DNA of 64,000 bases, taken from Chloroflexota bacterium. Lineage in GTDB: Bacteria; Chloroflexota; Dehalococcoidia; UBA2979. The notes under the pieces are model-generated. The model worked only from the letters and a program-made list of their open reading frames with translations, was not told the DNA's origin and made no database searches. This document shows positions 1 to 10,198 of the stretch, piece by piece (the stretch's first letter is position 1; every line of letters starts with the position of its first letter). The translations under genes were made by a program, and so were the position numbers. The stretch is taken from the NCBI GenBank assembly GCA_027593235.1, contig JAQCIU010000003.1:1-64000 (forward strand). The letters run 5' to 3'.

Positions 1-1517
1 GTGGCCTCGGGGGCGAGTGGCGCGCCGGCCGCCTCGAGGGTGGCGTGCTCGCCGAAGCGGGCACGCGTGGCTGCGAGCGCGGCCTCGAACGCGTCGCGGA
101 AGGCGGCGTCGTGCCAGCGCGCGGCGGGGGCGCGTTCGAAGCTGGCGTGATCCTCGGACGGGGGACCGTCGGCGGCGGTGACGACCGGCGGGGCGAGCAG
201 CGCCTGGACGTTCGTGCCGCTGCGGCTCTGGAGCAGGAAGCCGGCTTGCGAGGAGTTTTCGAGGACGCGGCGGACGAGGTAGGCCATGCCGGGGATCAGT
301 TCGCCGACCGGCACGTAGTCGCGGGCGACCCAGCCGAGTTCGACGAGACCGCGGCTCATGCCCTCGTAGGTGCGATAGAGGGTCTGGTGTTCGAGCGCGT
401 TTGGCGGGAGGCCTGCTTCCTCGGCGAGTGCTTCGGCGACGGCGTGGCTTCGCGCGTTGTGGCTGGCGACGGCGAGTTGTACGTGGGGGTGCGCCGCGAT
501 CAGGCGTGCGGCCGCGGCCTCGAAGGTCGCGTCCGTGGCGGCCTTTTCGAGGTGGACTGGCGGCTCCCATCGGTTGGCGTCGGCGATGATCGTCTCGTAG
601 TCCCAGTAGGCGCCCTTGACCAGCCGCACGAGGAAGGGGGCGCCGCGCTCCCCGGCGAAGGCGACGACGTCCTCGATGTGCGCGAGCGCGTCGCGGAGGT
701 ACGCCTGCACGACGATGCCGGCGTGCGACCAGCCCGCGAGGGCTTCGCCGGGTCCGAGGACGGAGCGGAACAGGCGCCAGGTGAGATCGCGGTAGGCGTA
801 CTGCTCCATATCGACGGTGATACCGATGCCGGCGCGTTGGGCGGCGAGACAGATCGCCTCGAAGGCCGGTCGCACGCGATGGACGGTGCCGTCCGGATCG
901 ACGGGCGAGAAGTGCGCGGTGAGCGAGCTGAGCTTCACGGAGACCTGGAGCATGGCGGCGCCGCCGAGGGTTTCCGCACCGGCGGCGGGGTCCTCGGCGA
1001 GCTGCGCGATCAGATCGAGGTAGCGCTGAGCGTACGCCTCGGCTTCTTCGTCGCTGAGCACCGCTTCGCCGAGCAGATCGAAGGCGGGGTAGCGGGCGTG
1101 ATCGCCGAGGTAGCCGAGGGTACGGCCGATCGTGTCGACGCCGGGCGGGGTGATGAAGCGACGCGCGAACAGCTCCGCGGCGCGCTCGGCGGTTTCGCCG
1201 ACCACCGGCGCGGGCAGGTGATCGTTGCGCGCGACGCGGAGAAGCCACTGCAGCGGACGCGGTAGATCGGGGAAGTCATCGCCGAAGTACTCGCGGGCGA
1301 GCCGCTTCGCCTCGGAGCCGCCGCTGTCGTAGTCGAGGGACGCGAGCACGTCCATGTAGCGGAGGAGGCGACTGCGGAACGCCTCGTCGGCGACGGCGTG
1401 GGTGAGCAGCCAGTCCTCGATGCGTTCGGCGACACCGGGGTGGTAGTCGCCGGCAGCCGCGAGGAGGGCGCGGCCCAGTTCCTGCGTGCGGGCTTCGACA
1501 CGGGGCGAGTGGGGCAT
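1..1517 (-). CDS. putA: Bifunctional proline dehydrogenase / P5C dehydrogenase (PutA), 5' part; runs off the window start
   Basis: Absent from the ORF track; hand translation from ATG at 1517 gives MPHSPRVEARTQELG...FDLLGEAVLS...VSVKLSSL...VDMEQY...GIVVQAYLRD...VRLVKGAYWDYE...VASHNARS...GMAYLVRRVLENSS, which are PRODH motifs. Confidence 0.93.
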   Translation of the reverse strand, partial: MPHSPRVEARTQELGRALLAAAGDYHPGVAERIEDWLLTHAVADEAFRSRLLRYMDVLASLDYDSGGSEAKRLAREYFGDDFPDLPRPLQWLLRVARNDHLPAPVVGETAERAAELFARRFITPPGVDTIGRTLGYLGDHARYPAFDLLGEAVLSDEEAEAYAQRYLDLIAQLAEDPAAGAETLGGAAMLQVSVKLSSLTAHFSPVDPDGTVHRVRPAFEAICLAAQRAGIGITVDMEQYAYRDLTWRLFRSVLGPGEALAGWSHAGIVVQAYLRDALAHIEDVVAFAGERGAPFLVRLVKGAYWDYETIIADANRWEPPVHLEKAATDATFEAAAARLIAAHPHVQLAVASHNARSHAVAEALAEEAGLPPNALEHQTLYRTYEGMSRGLVELGWVARDYVPVGELIPGMAYLVRRVLENSSQAGFLLQSRSGTNVQALLAPPVVTAADGPPSEDHASFERAPAARWHDAAFRDAFEAALAATRARFGEHATLEAAGAPLAPEA

Positions 1518-1725
1518 GCGGGTCCGTCCGCTGCGGTGGGGCGCCGCTGGCCTCGATCGTATCGCTGTCCGGCGTGGGGGGGATGCGTGTCGTGATGCGC
1601 GTCGTGATGAGGTGACGCGATCGGCGGAGCTATACTCCGCACTGTCCGAGGCACAGGAAGAAATACAGCGCCCCCACGACTGGCCGCAGCGACGGCACGA
1701 CGGGGGCATGCATGAGGGGGTACGT

Positions 1726-2664
1726 GTGGATTATCGACGACTGGGGCGCTCCGGACTCGAGGTTTCCGTAGTCGGCATCGGCTGCAACAACTTCGGACGC
1801 CGCCTCGATCTCGATGGCACCTCGGCGGTGCTGAACCAGGCGATCGATGAGGGCATCAACCTCTTCGACACGGCCGACATCTACGGTGGCGCGGGCGCTT
1901 CCGAGGATCTGATGGGCAAGGCGCTGAAGGGCAAGCGACAGCAGGTGGTGCTGGCGACCAAGTTCGCCGGGCCGATGGGCGAAGGCCCGATGTCCAAGGG
2001 CACTTCGCGCAATCACATCATGGACGCGGTAAACGCGAGCCTGGACCGACTGCAGACCGACTACATCGACCTGTACCAGGTGCACTTCCCGGATCCGCTG
2101 ACGCCGATGGAAGAGACGATGCGCGCCCTGGACGACCTCGTGCGGTCGGGCAAGGTCCGTTACATCGGCAACTCGAACTACGCCGGTTGGCAGATCGCGC
2201 ACGCGCACTGGATCGCCGAGCACTACGGGCTGACGAAGTTCATTTCGGCGCAGAACGAGTGGAGCTTGCTGAAGCGATCCGTCGAGACCGAGGTGGTTCC
2301 GTCCGCGCGGGAGTTTGGCCTCGGTGTGTTGCCGTACTTCCCGCTCTCCAGCGGGCTGCTCACCGGCAAGTACAAGCGCGGCGCGGCCGCACCCGAGGGC
2401 ACGCGCCTCTCAGCCGGTCCGATGGCGGAGCGCGCGCTGACGGACGCCAACTTCGACATCGTCGAGAAGCTCGAGGCGTACGCGTTGGAGCACAACCACA
2501 CGCTCCTCGAGCTGGCCTTTAGCTGGCTGGCGCACCACCCGGCGGTCGGCAGCGTGATCGCCGGCGCGACCAAGCCGGAGCAGGTGACCTCGAATGCCGC
2601 TGCGGCGAGCTGGGTGCTCACCGCCGAAGAGCGCGCCGACGTGGATGCGCTCGCCAAGGCGTAA
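1726..2664 (+). CDS. Aldo/keto reductase
   Basis: YRRLGRSGLEVS, FDTADIYG, ATKF, LQTDYIDLYQVH, GKVRYIG; GTG start after GAGGGGG. Confidence 0.92.
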   Translation: MDYRRLGRSGLEVSVVGIGCNNFGRRLDLDGTSAVLNQAIDEGINLFDTADIYGGAGASEDLMGKALKGKRQQVVLATKFAGPMGEGPMSKGTSRNHIMDAVNASLDRLQTDYIDLYQVHFPDPLTPMEETMRALDDLVRSGKVRYIGNSNYAGWQIAHAHWIAEHYGLTKFISAQNEWSLLKRSVETEVVPSAREFGLGVLPYFPLSSGLLTGKYKRGAAAPEGTRLSAGPMAERALTDANFDIVEKLEAYALEHNHTLLELAFSWLAHHPAVGSVIAGATKPEQVTSNAAAASWVLTAEERADVDALAKA

Positions 2665-2692
2665 CGCACGCCTCGGGAGTTGGATGGACGCG

Positions 2693-2723
2693 GAAGGACC
2701 GGCGAGAGCCGGTCCTTCTTGTT
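2693..2723. terminator. Intrinsic terminator hairpin between convergent genes
   Basis: GAAGGACCGGC-GAGA-GCCGGTCCTTC followed by TTGTT. Confidence 0.8.
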
Positions 2724-2748
2724 GTGCGTGGCGGGACGGGCTCAGCCG

Positions 2749-3336
2749 CTACTGGTGTTTGCCGACCTCCCAGCCGCTGTGGGCGAGGTGTTCCGAGGCG
2801 AACGCGATCGGTTCGTCCTCCAGCTCGGTCCCCATCGTGTCATTCCAGCGGTTGAGGAAGCCGAAGGTGGCGATCGCGGCGGTCAGCTCGACGATCTGCG
2901 CTTCGTCGAAATGCTCGCGCAGGGCCTGGAAGTGGGCGGGGGTGGTGGCGTTGGGCTGGATCGAGGCGTCGCGGGCGAAGCGGAGTGCGGCGCGCTCGGC
3001 GGCGTTGAAGTGGGGGCTCGCTTCGAAGTCGTAGAGGGCTTCGATTTTGGCGGCCGGGACGCCGGAGCGGGCGGCGGAGTTGGCGGTGTGGGCCTGGCAG
3101 TAGCGGCAGCCGGCGGCAACGCTGGAGACCTGCGCGACCATGTGCTTGAGGCTGGATTCGACCTCGCCGGTGTTGAAGACGGTGACGAAGAGGCGGCTGA
3201 GCGCGTCCCGGATCTCGGGGCGGCGGGACATGGTCTTGGTGCTGTTGAGGACGAAGCCCATGCGGGCGATCGAGCCCTCGGCGGAGTGTTCGTAGTTCTC
3301 GATCTCTTCGGGTGGGAGTGGGGCGACGCCGGCCAT
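2749..3336 (-). CDS. AhpD / carboxymuconolactone decarboxylase family protein
   Basis: CRYCQAH motif, ERAALRFA, FDEAQIVEL, FLNRWND. Confidence 0.88.
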   Translation of the reverse strand: MAGVAPLPPEEIENYEHSAEGSIARMGFVLNSTKTMSRRPEIRDALSRLFVTVFNTGEVESSLKHMVAQVSSVAAGCRYCQAHTANSAARSGVPAAKIEALYDFEASPHFNAAERAALRFARDASIQPNATTPAHFQALREHFDEAQIVELTAAIATFGFLNRWNDTMGTELEDEPIAFASEHLAHSGWEVGKHQ

Positions 3337-3352
3337 CGGGGGCCTCCTGGAG

Positions 3353-4207
3353 CTAGGTGGTGACTGTGTCGAGCCAGCCGACGAGGTTGGCGGTCACCTC
3401 GTCGCGGTTGATTTCGTTGAGCATTTCGTGGCGGCCGTCGGCGTAGTACTGGGTATCGATGCGCGTGACGCCGGCGTCGCGGTAGCGCCGTTCGAGGAGG
3501 TGCAGGCCCTCGAGGTTGCGACCGACGGGGTCGCGGTCGCCCGAGACGAAGAGGATCGGGAGATCGGAGCGGATCGCGGCGAGCGCGATGGGGTCGGTGA
3601 GCCGTGCCGGGTTGGCGCCGCCGCGGGGCGGGCGAACGGCCTGCGTTTCGAAGCCGCACATCGGGTCGGCGATGTACTTGTCGACCTCGGCGTTGTCGCG
3701 GCTCAGCCAGTCGTAGGGAGTGCGCGCCGGCTCGAACTGTGCGTTCGGGGCGAATGCGGGCGGCGGTTCGCCCTCACGTGGCGCCTCGCGGGTGCCGGAG
3801 CCGGACAGGATCAGCGCGTCCATCGCCGAGGAGTGGTCGAGGATGAGTTGCTGGGCGGCGAAGGAGCCCATGCTGTGGCCGAAGAGGATGACCGGTTTGC
3901 CGTTCGCGTCGGCGCGTGCGAGCGCGACGAACTGGCCGACGTCAGCGACGAGGGCGTCCCAGCCGGCGTCGCCGTGGTCGCCGAGGCCGGCGGGGCCCGG
4001 TGAGTGGCCGTGGCCTCGGTGGTCCAGGCTCCAGACGGCGTAGCCAGCGGCGTTGAGGGCGGTGGCTACGCGGTCGTAGCGGAGTGAGTGCTCGGCCGCG
4101 CCGTGCGCGATGACGACGAGGCCGCGCGCGCCCTCGTGAGGCCAGCGGTAGGCACCGAGATCGAAGCCGTCGACAGCGGAGGTGAAACGGAAGGTCGTTG
4201 GGGGCAT
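3353..4207 (-). CDS. Alpha/beta hydrolase (lysophospholipase / monoglyceride lipase-like)
   Basis: HGAAEH, DHRGHG, GHSMG nucleophile elbow, RHEMLNE; start MPPTTF at 4207 (the longer ORF-track N-terminus is spurious). Confidence 0.9.
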   Translation of the reverse strand: MPPTTFRFTSAVDGFDLGAYRWPHEGARGLVVIAHGAAEHSLRYDRVATALNAAGYAVWSLDHRGHGHSPGPAGLGDHGDAGWDALVADVGQFVALARADANGKPVILFGHSMGSFAAQQLILDHSSAMDALILSGSGTREAPREGEPPPAFAPNAQFEPARTPYDWLSRDNAEVDKYIADPMCGFETQAVRPPRGGANPARLTDPIALAAIRSDLPILFVSGDRDPVGRNLEGLHLLERRYRDAGVTRIDTQYYADGRHEMLNEINRDEVTANLVGWLDTVTT

Positions 4208-4236
4208 CGGTGCTGGCTCCTCGGAGTGTAGGGGGG

Positions 4237-5010
4237 CTAGTCGGGCAGGCGCTGGTCCTCGATGCCGGGCATGATCCACTGCACGCGCGGTGGCGGGTAC
4301 GAGACGAAGCTCTGGCCCGGGCGGTCCGCGCCGACGTTCACGAGGGTCATCCGTTCCTCGCCGATGTAGTCGGGCTGACCATCGCGCAACCGGAACGGTT
4401 GATCGTGGCCGGGGTAGACGAGCGCCCCAGATTGGGCGACACGGCGGACCGAGGCATCTGCCTGGTCGGCGTTCCAGAAGACGAGCGGGTTGTGCCCGGA
4501 GACGGCGACGGCGGCGTTGTGGATCGCGTCGCCGGCGATGATGCAGACGCCGTCCTCGGTTTCCACCTCGAGGCCGATGCTGCCCGGGGAGTGGCCGGGC
4601 AGTTCGATCACCTTGCAACCGGGCATCAGCTCCGATCCCTCGCCGACTTCCTCGATGCGCATCAGATCGAGGATGGCGCCGGTCCAGGCGGGCGTCGCCC
4701 AGTCGTTGACGTGCGGGTCGTGCGCGTAGGCGACCTCCGAGGGGTGCGCGAGCAGCGGGGCGTTGGGGAACAGATCGGCGTTCTGTACGTGATCCCAGTG
4801 CGCGTGGCTGAGCACCTGCGCGTCGATGTCGTCCGCGGTGAGGCCGCGCGCGGCGAGCTGGGCCTGGAGGTAGGTGCGGCGGCCGACGTGGGCGGAATCG
4901 AAGAGGATCCGGCGATCGCCTTCCTCGATGAGGAGGACGGCACAAAAGCCGACGACGCCGACATCAGTGCTGAGGCCGGAGCCATGCATCAGGACGTCGA
5001 TCTTGGGCAT
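4237..5010 (-). CDS. Metallo-beta-lactamase-fold hydrolase (AHL-lactonase-like)
   Basis: SHAHWDH, PGHSPG, AGDA, PGHD metal ligands. Confidence 0.88.
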   Translation of the reverse strand: MPKIDVLMHGSGLSTDVGVVGFCAVLLIEEGDRRILFDSAHVGRRTYLQAQLAARGLTADDIDAQVLSHAHWDHVQNADLFPNAPLLAHPSEVAYAHDPHVNDWATPAWTGAILDLMRIEEVGEGSELMPGCKVIELPGHSPGSIGLEVETEDGVCIIAGDAIHNAAVAVSGHNPLVFWNADQADASVRRVAQSGALVYPGHDQPFRLRDGQPDYIGEERMTLVNVGADRPGQSFVSYPPPRVQWIMPGIEDQRLPD

Positions 5011-5108
5011 GTCTTACTCCTCGGGATCGCCGACGGTCGTCCGGAGTCTAGCGGGGTTCGGGGCGAACTCGTGATCCGCGGGGACCGCCCGGGCGGCGGC
5101 GCAGCCGG

Positions 5109-6365
5109 CTACTGCGGGGTGACGGCGGCACCGGTGGCGATCAGTTGATCGATCGCGTCGGGGGCGAGGCCGGCTTCGGCGAGCAGCTCGCGGGTGTGCT
5201 TGCCGAGGACTGGCGAGGCGTCGCGGGCCTCGAGGGCGGTTTCGCTGAACTGGACGGGCGGGGCGACGACGGTGATCCCGCCGAGGAGTTCGTGATCGAG
5301 GCGGATCAGGTAGCCGTTGGCCCAGGCCTGTTCCAGATCGAGCATCTGCTCGGTCGTGTGGTACTCGGCGATGGGGACGCCGGTCGCGCCGATCGCCGCC
5401 AGCCAATAGGCGGTCGGCTGTGCCGCGAGCTTCGCTTCCACCTGTGCGCGGACGCGCTGCATGTGTGCCTTCGGGTCGTCGCTCGTCCAGTTCGGGTCGC
5501 TGACGAACGGGTCGTCGATGCCGAGCAGCGCGGTGAGCGAACGCTGGAGTGGCCTTGAGAGCGCGCCGAGGCCGATCACGCCGTCGGCAGTGCGGAAGAG
5601 GCCGTAGTAGGCGCGGGCGACGGCCCACGGGCTGATCGCATCGCGGTGATCGAGGATCTCTTCCCAGCTCTTTCCCTCGGCGAAGGCGGTCTTGAGGTAC
5701 TCGACGTATTCCTCGCGCCAGCCGTCGGTGGCGTCGACGTGGTTGATCTGGTTGTTCTGGAGGACGAGCGCGGCCTGGAGCAGCGAGACGTCGAGCTTCT
5801 GACCGTGGCCGCTGCGCTCGCGGTGGTAGAGCGCGGTGGCGATGCCCCAGGACATGAGCAGCCCGGCGGCGTAGTCGATCGCTGGCGCGGCGATCGCGCG
5901 CGGGCCGTGCTCATCGAGGTGTGCGATGCCGGAGTAGGCCTGGAGAACCATGTCGACGCCGGGGGCGTCGGCCATCGGGCCGCGGCGGCCGAAGGCGGTG
6001 TTCTCAGCGTAGATGACGCGGGGGTTGGCCTCGAAGACGGTCGGGTAGTCGAGGTGCATCGCTTCGGCGAGGCCGGGGCGGAAGTTGGCGATCACGACGT
6101 CGGCGGTGGCGACGAGCTGTTGGACGGCGGCGAGCGCCTCGGGGTTGCCGAGGTCGACGGCGAGCGATCGCTTGCCGCGGTTCTTGTTCAGGAACTGGCG
6201 GCCCTCGCCGGGGATGATCGGCGCCATCTGGCGGGTGTTGTCGCCGAGCAACGGTTCGACTTTGACTACGTCGGCGCCGCCGTCGGCGAGGAGCTGGGCG
6301 GCGTAGGGCGCGGCGATGAAACGCCCGAACTCGATCACGCGCAGGCCGGCGAACGGTCCCGCCAT
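5109..6365 (-). CDS. Family III (CaiB/BaiF) CoA-transferase
   Basis: GLRVIEF, LADGGADVVKVEP, NRGKRS, NFRPG, AIDY, SPVLGKHT. Confidence 0.92.
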   Translation of the reverse strand: MAGPFAGLRVIEFGRFIAAPYAAQLLADGGADVVKVEPLLGDNTRQMAPIIPGEGRQFLNKNRGKRSLAVDLGNPEALAAVQQLVATADVVIANFRPGLAEAMHLDYPTVFEANPRVIYAENTAFGRRGPMADAPGVDMVLQAYSGIAHLDEHGPRAIAAPAIDYAAGLLMSWGIATALYHRERSGHGQKLDVSLLQAALVLQNNQINHVDATDGWREEYVEYLKTAFAEGKSWEEILDHRDAISPWAVARAYYGLFRTADGVIGLGALSRPLQRSLTALLGIDDPFVSDPNWTSDDPKAHMQRVRAQVEAKLAAQPTAYWLAAIGATGVPIAEYHTTEQMLDLEQAWANGYLIRLDHELLGGITVVAPPVQFSETALEARDASPVLGKHTRELLAEAGLAPDAIDQLIATGAAVTPQ

Positions 6366-6401
6366 GGCGTCTCCTCGGTGGTGGCCGTTCGTGCGGCGGC
6401 G

Positions 6402-8864
6402 TTACTCGAGCGCGCCGGCGGCGGCCGCGAGCGCGATCTGGTCTTCGTCGATCCCGACCAGCTCCGAGAGTACGTGGAACGTGTCCTCGCCGAGCGCGGG
6501 CCCGGCTTTGTGGAGCACGCCGGGCGTCGCCGAGAAGCGGGTGACGAGGCCGTCGTAGGGGGTGGGGCCCATGACGCTGTGGTTGAGCGTGACGAAGAAG
6601 TCGCGGTGGGCGAGCTGCGGATCGAGGTAGAGGTCCGACGGGCGTTCGACCGGGGCGGCCGGGACGCCGGCGGCGGCGAGCCGATCGGCGAGCGCCCAGC
6701 GATCCTGATCCGCGCACCATGCAGCGAGATCGGCCTCGATCGCCTGCTTCTCGGCGAGGCGGGCCTCGAGGTCATCGAAGCGGGAACCGGACCAGCGATC
6801 GAGGCCGGCGGTCGCGACGAGCGCGCGCCACTGCGCGGCGGTTTCGACGGCGATCGCGGCGTAGCGCTCGGTGCCGGCGACGCGGAAGGTGCCGTGCGGG
6901 CAGGCGGCGGGCGAATCGAGGCCGGCCGGTCCGGCGACGCGGCGATTGACGAGGGTGTCGATCAGCAGCGGCGAGACGAAGTGCGCGCCGGCCTCGGTCT
7001 GGGCGAGATCGACATGTTGGCCCTCGCCGGTGCGCTCGCGGTGCAGCAGCGCGGTCGCGAGCGCGGCGACGCCGAATCGTGGGGCGACGAAGTCCGTGTA
7101 GGCGCCCCAGCAGCCGGCCGGTTGGCGATCGGGCCAGCCGGTGAGCAGATCGAGGCCGGACAGGCAGGCGCCGTGTAGCCCGAAGCCGGCGTAGCTGCGT
7201 TCCGGGCCGGTCTGCCCGCGGAGGCAGGTGCTGAGCATGACGAGGTCGGGGCGGTCCTTGCTGATTGAGGCGTAGTCGAGCCCGAAGTTCGCGAGTGTGC
7301 CGGGGGTGAACGACTCCACGACGACGTCGGCCCAGTCGATCAGCTCGCGGGCGAGCGCGAGGCCCTCGGGGGTGGCGAGGTTGAGGGCGACGCCGAGCTT
7401 CGAGGAGTTGAAGTTCGCGACGAACTGCGATCGATCGAGGCCGGGCGTGCCGTCCTTGAACGGCGGACCGCCGCGCAGGACGTCCGGACGCGTCGAGGAT
7501 TCGATGCGGGCGACGGTTGCGCCGTGATCGGCGAGCGCCTTGCTGATGAGGGGGCCGACGCCGACCCAGGCGAAGTCGGCGACCTTGAGGCCCGCGAAGG
7601 GCTGGCGGCGGGGGCCGCCGGCGTCGCTGCCGGCGATGGAGAGCGGAGCGCGCGGGGCGTCGAGGAGGTGCTGATCCTGGCCGAGCGTCGGGGCGGCGCG
7701 CTCGATGCGGATCGGGGTCCTCGTCAGTTTCGCGAAGGGGCCGGGGTAGCGTTGGCCGTCGACGTCGATCCAGAAGTCGCGAGCGGCAAGGTGGGGATCG
7801 TCAATGATCTCCTGCGTGGTGTAGAGCGGGGCGAGCATGTAGTCGCGGGAGACGGCCTCGGCGAACAGGTCGGCCTTGGTGTGTTGCTTGATGTAGGCGG
7901 CGATCCGCTCGATCGCCGGTCCGAGCGCGGCGGTCGCTGCGACCACATCCCCGGCGGCCTGTGCGGCGATGCCGAGGGCCCAGGCTTCGAGATCCGGGTC
8001 GGGCCAGTCCTCGAGATCGCCTTCGTCCTGCATCCACTTGAGGAAGCGCGTCGCGCCGCGGAGCGCGAGGCCGACCGGCGCGATGCCGAAGACGACGTAG
8101 CCGTCGCTACAGGGATAGCGCCGGCCAGCGGGGCCTGCGGCGAAGGTCGCGCGGTCGTCACCGCGGCCGGGCGGATCGGCGCCGACGTTCGGCGGGTAGC
8201 CGGTCGCGTTCATCAGCGTCCAGACGATCGCCGCCTGTTGCGAGACATCGAGGCGCTGCCCGAGGCCAGAGCGGTCGCGTTCGACGAGCGCGATTAGGGT
8301 GTCGGCGGCTGCCTGGACGCCGGCGTGGAAGGCCGCCTGCGGGTAGCCGACCGGCAGCGGCGGCCGATCCTGGTCGCCCTGCAGGCTGATGAGGCCGCCC
8401 GCGGCCTCGGCGGTGAGTTCGGTCGCGGGGCGCTCGGCCCAGGGGCCGTCCTGTCCGTACGGGGTGACCGAGGTGTAGATGAGCTGCGGGTAGCGCTCCG
8501 CGAGCTGCTCGTAGCCGAGGCCGACGGCCGCCAGCACACCGGGGTCGTAGGACTCGAGGAGTGCGTCCGCGCCGGCCAGCAGCAGGTGGAACGCCTCGCG
8601 GTCACGCTCGCTGCCGAGGACGTCGAGCACGACGCTGCGCTTGCCGAGCGCGAGCGCGGTCCAGTAGAGGGAGCGGTCCGCATCGCTGTCATCGAAGGGC
8701 GGTAGTCGCCGGGAGGCGGCGCCTTCCGGGGGCTCGACCTTGATCACCTCGGCGCCGAGGTCGGCGAGGACCTTGCCGGTCAGTTCGGCGCGCGCGGTGG
8801 TGAGGTCGAGGACGCGGATGCCCTCGAGCGCGTTGGGGGAGTTGGGGTTCGCCGAATTCATCAT
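6402..8864 (-). CDS. Two-domain (tandem) family III CoA-transferase
   Basis: Two CaiB repeats (LEGIRVLDL...LADLGAEVIKVEPP...APTLGQD and GLKVADFAWVGVGP...GPALGEDT); start at MMNSAN. Confidence 0.9.
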   Translation of the reverse strand: MMNSANPNSPNALEGIRVLDLTTARAELTGKVLADLGAEVIKVEPPEGAASRRLPPFDDSDADRSLYWTALALGKRSVVLDVLGSERDREAFHLLLAGADALLESYDPGVLAAVGLGYEQLAERYPQLIYTSVTPYGQDGPWAERPATELTAEAAGGLISLQGDQDRPPLPVGYPQAAFHAGVQAAADTLIALVERDRSGLGQRLDVSQQAAIVWTLMNATGYPPNVGADPPGRGDDRATFAAGPAGRRYPCSDGYVVFGIAPVGLALRGATRFLKWMQDEGDLEDWPDPDLEAWALGIAAQAAGDVVAATAALGPAIERIAAYIKQHTKADLFAEAVSRDYMLAPLYTTQEIIDDPHLAARDFWIDVDGQRYPGPFAKLTRTPIRIERAAPTLGQDQHLLDAPRAPLSIAGSDAGGPRRQPFAGLKVADFAWVGVGPLISKALADHGATVARIESSTRPDVLRGGPPFKDGTPGLDRSQFVANFNSSKLGVALNLATPEGLALARELIDWADVVVESFTPGTLANFGLDYASISKDRPDLVMLSTCLRGQTGPERSYAGFGLHGACLSGLDLLTGWPDRQPAGCWGAYTDFVAPRFGVAALATALLHRERTGEGQHVDLAQTEAGAHFVSPLLIDTLVNRRVAGPAGLDSPAACPHGTFRVAGTERYAAIAVETAAQWRALVATAGLDRWSGSRFDDLEARLAEKQAIEADLAAWCADQDRWALADRLAAAGVPAAPVERPSDLYLDPQLAHRDFFVTLNHSVMGPTPYDGLVTRFSATPGVLHKAGPALGEDTFHVLSELVGIDEDQIALAAAAGALE

Positions 8865-8976
8865 GGTCGTTATTCTGCCAGAGACGGGCGCTGATGCGGG
8901 GCGTGGCGGGTGCCCGCTGCCTCGCAAGTGTGTGGCGTTCGTCGCTAGTCTCGCGCGGGCGAAGGGAGCGAGTGCG

Positions 8977-10155
8977 ATGGCGGACCGACGGATGTTGCAG
9001 GGCACGGTGGTTATCGACTTCACGCGGGTGGTGGCGGGGCCGTACGCGACCCGGATGCTGGCCGATATGGGCGCGGACGTGATCAAGGTTGATGCGCCAC
9101 CCGGCCAGGAGGCGCCGGGCAGTGGGGGCACGCCGTCAGCGGAGGGGGCGGGACTGACACGCTCGGCCGGATCGGTGGAGAACAACCTGGGAAAGCGCTC
9201 GATCGTGCTCGATCTGAAGTCGGCGGAGGGCGTCGCGGTGGCGCGCGACCTGATCGCGGGCGCGGACGTGCTGGTCGAGAACTTCCAGCCGGAGGTGATG
9301 GATCGGCTCGGGCTCGGCTTCGAGGCGATGCAGGCGCTCAATCCGCGGCTGGTCTACGCCTCGATCTCCGGGTTCGGGCACGGCAACAGCTTCTCGCGGC
9401 GGCGCGCCTTCGGCGCGACGGCGCATGCCGAGGCCGGTTGGATCTGGACGCAGCAGCAGGCGGCGCTGACCGAGGAGCCGTTCGCGCCGGGGGTGACTGT
9501 CGCGGATCTGATCACGGGAGCGCTCTCGTTTTCAGGGGTGCTCGCGGCGTTGTTGGACCGCGAGCGAACGGGGCGTGGGCAGCACGTGGACACCTCGCTG
9601 ATGGACGGGCAGCTCGCGCTGCTGAACGACGTGGCCTCCGGAGCGCTGAACGGGCAGACGGAGGAGAACTGGCGACCGTTCAGGCACCCGATCCATGCGG
9701 CGACGGACGGACACCTGACGATCAACGTCGGCACGCCTCGTCACTTCGCGCGGATCGCGGAGGGGCTGGGGCACGCCGGTGCGGCGATGCCGGAGAGCGC
9801 GCCGGAGGCGAACGCGCTGGTGTCCTCGTGGGTCGCGGAGCACACGGTGGCCGAGGCGACACGCGGCCTCGAGGCGGCGGGGGCGGCGTACGGTGCGGTG
9901 CTGACGATGCCACAGGCGGTGCGCCACCCTTACTTCGCGGAACGCGGGATGCTCGCGGACGTGCCGGATGTGGTGAGCGGAACGCACCACGCGGTCAGCT
10001 CCGCGCTGTTCTTCTCGGACGCGGAGAGTGCGCCGAGCGGGCGCGCGCCACTGGCCGGGGAACACTCGCGCGCCATCCTCGAGGGCCTCGGCTACGAGGC
10101 GGGGCGGATCGAGGCGCTGCTGGCGGGGCCGGTGCGGCAGCACCCGCCGCTGTAA
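8977..10155 (+). CDS. Family III (CaiB/BaiF) CoA-transferase
   Basis: VIDFTRVVAGPY, LADMGADVIKV, NLGKRS, ENFQP, VADL, APLAGEHS; ATG after GGGAG. Confidence 0.92.
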   Translation: MADRRMLQGTVVIDFTRVVAGPYATRMLADMGADVIKVDAPPGQEAPGSGGTPSAEGAGLTRSAGSVENNLGKRSIVLDLKSAEGVAVARDLIAGADVLVENFQPEVMDRLGLGFEAMQALNPRLVYASISGFGHGNSFSRRRAFGATAHAEAGWIWTQQQAALTEEPFAPGVTVADLITGALSFSGVLAALLDRERTGRGQHVDTSLMDGQLALLNDVASGALNGQTEENWRPFRHPIHAATDGHLTINVGTPRHFARIAEGLGHAGAAMPESAPEANALVSSWVAEHTVAEATRGLEAAGAAYGAVLTMPQAVRHPYFAERGMLADVPDVVSGTHHAVSSALFFSDAESAPSGRAPLAGEHSRAILEGLGYEAGRIEALLAGPVRQHPPL

Positions 10156-10198
10156 CGCCGGCGCCGTTGGGCGCGTGTCGTGACATCGGGAGCTGACG

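Noticed and set aside
45-1265. 406-aa plus-strand ORF
   Set aside because: Antisense shadow of putA, whose motifs are on the minus strand
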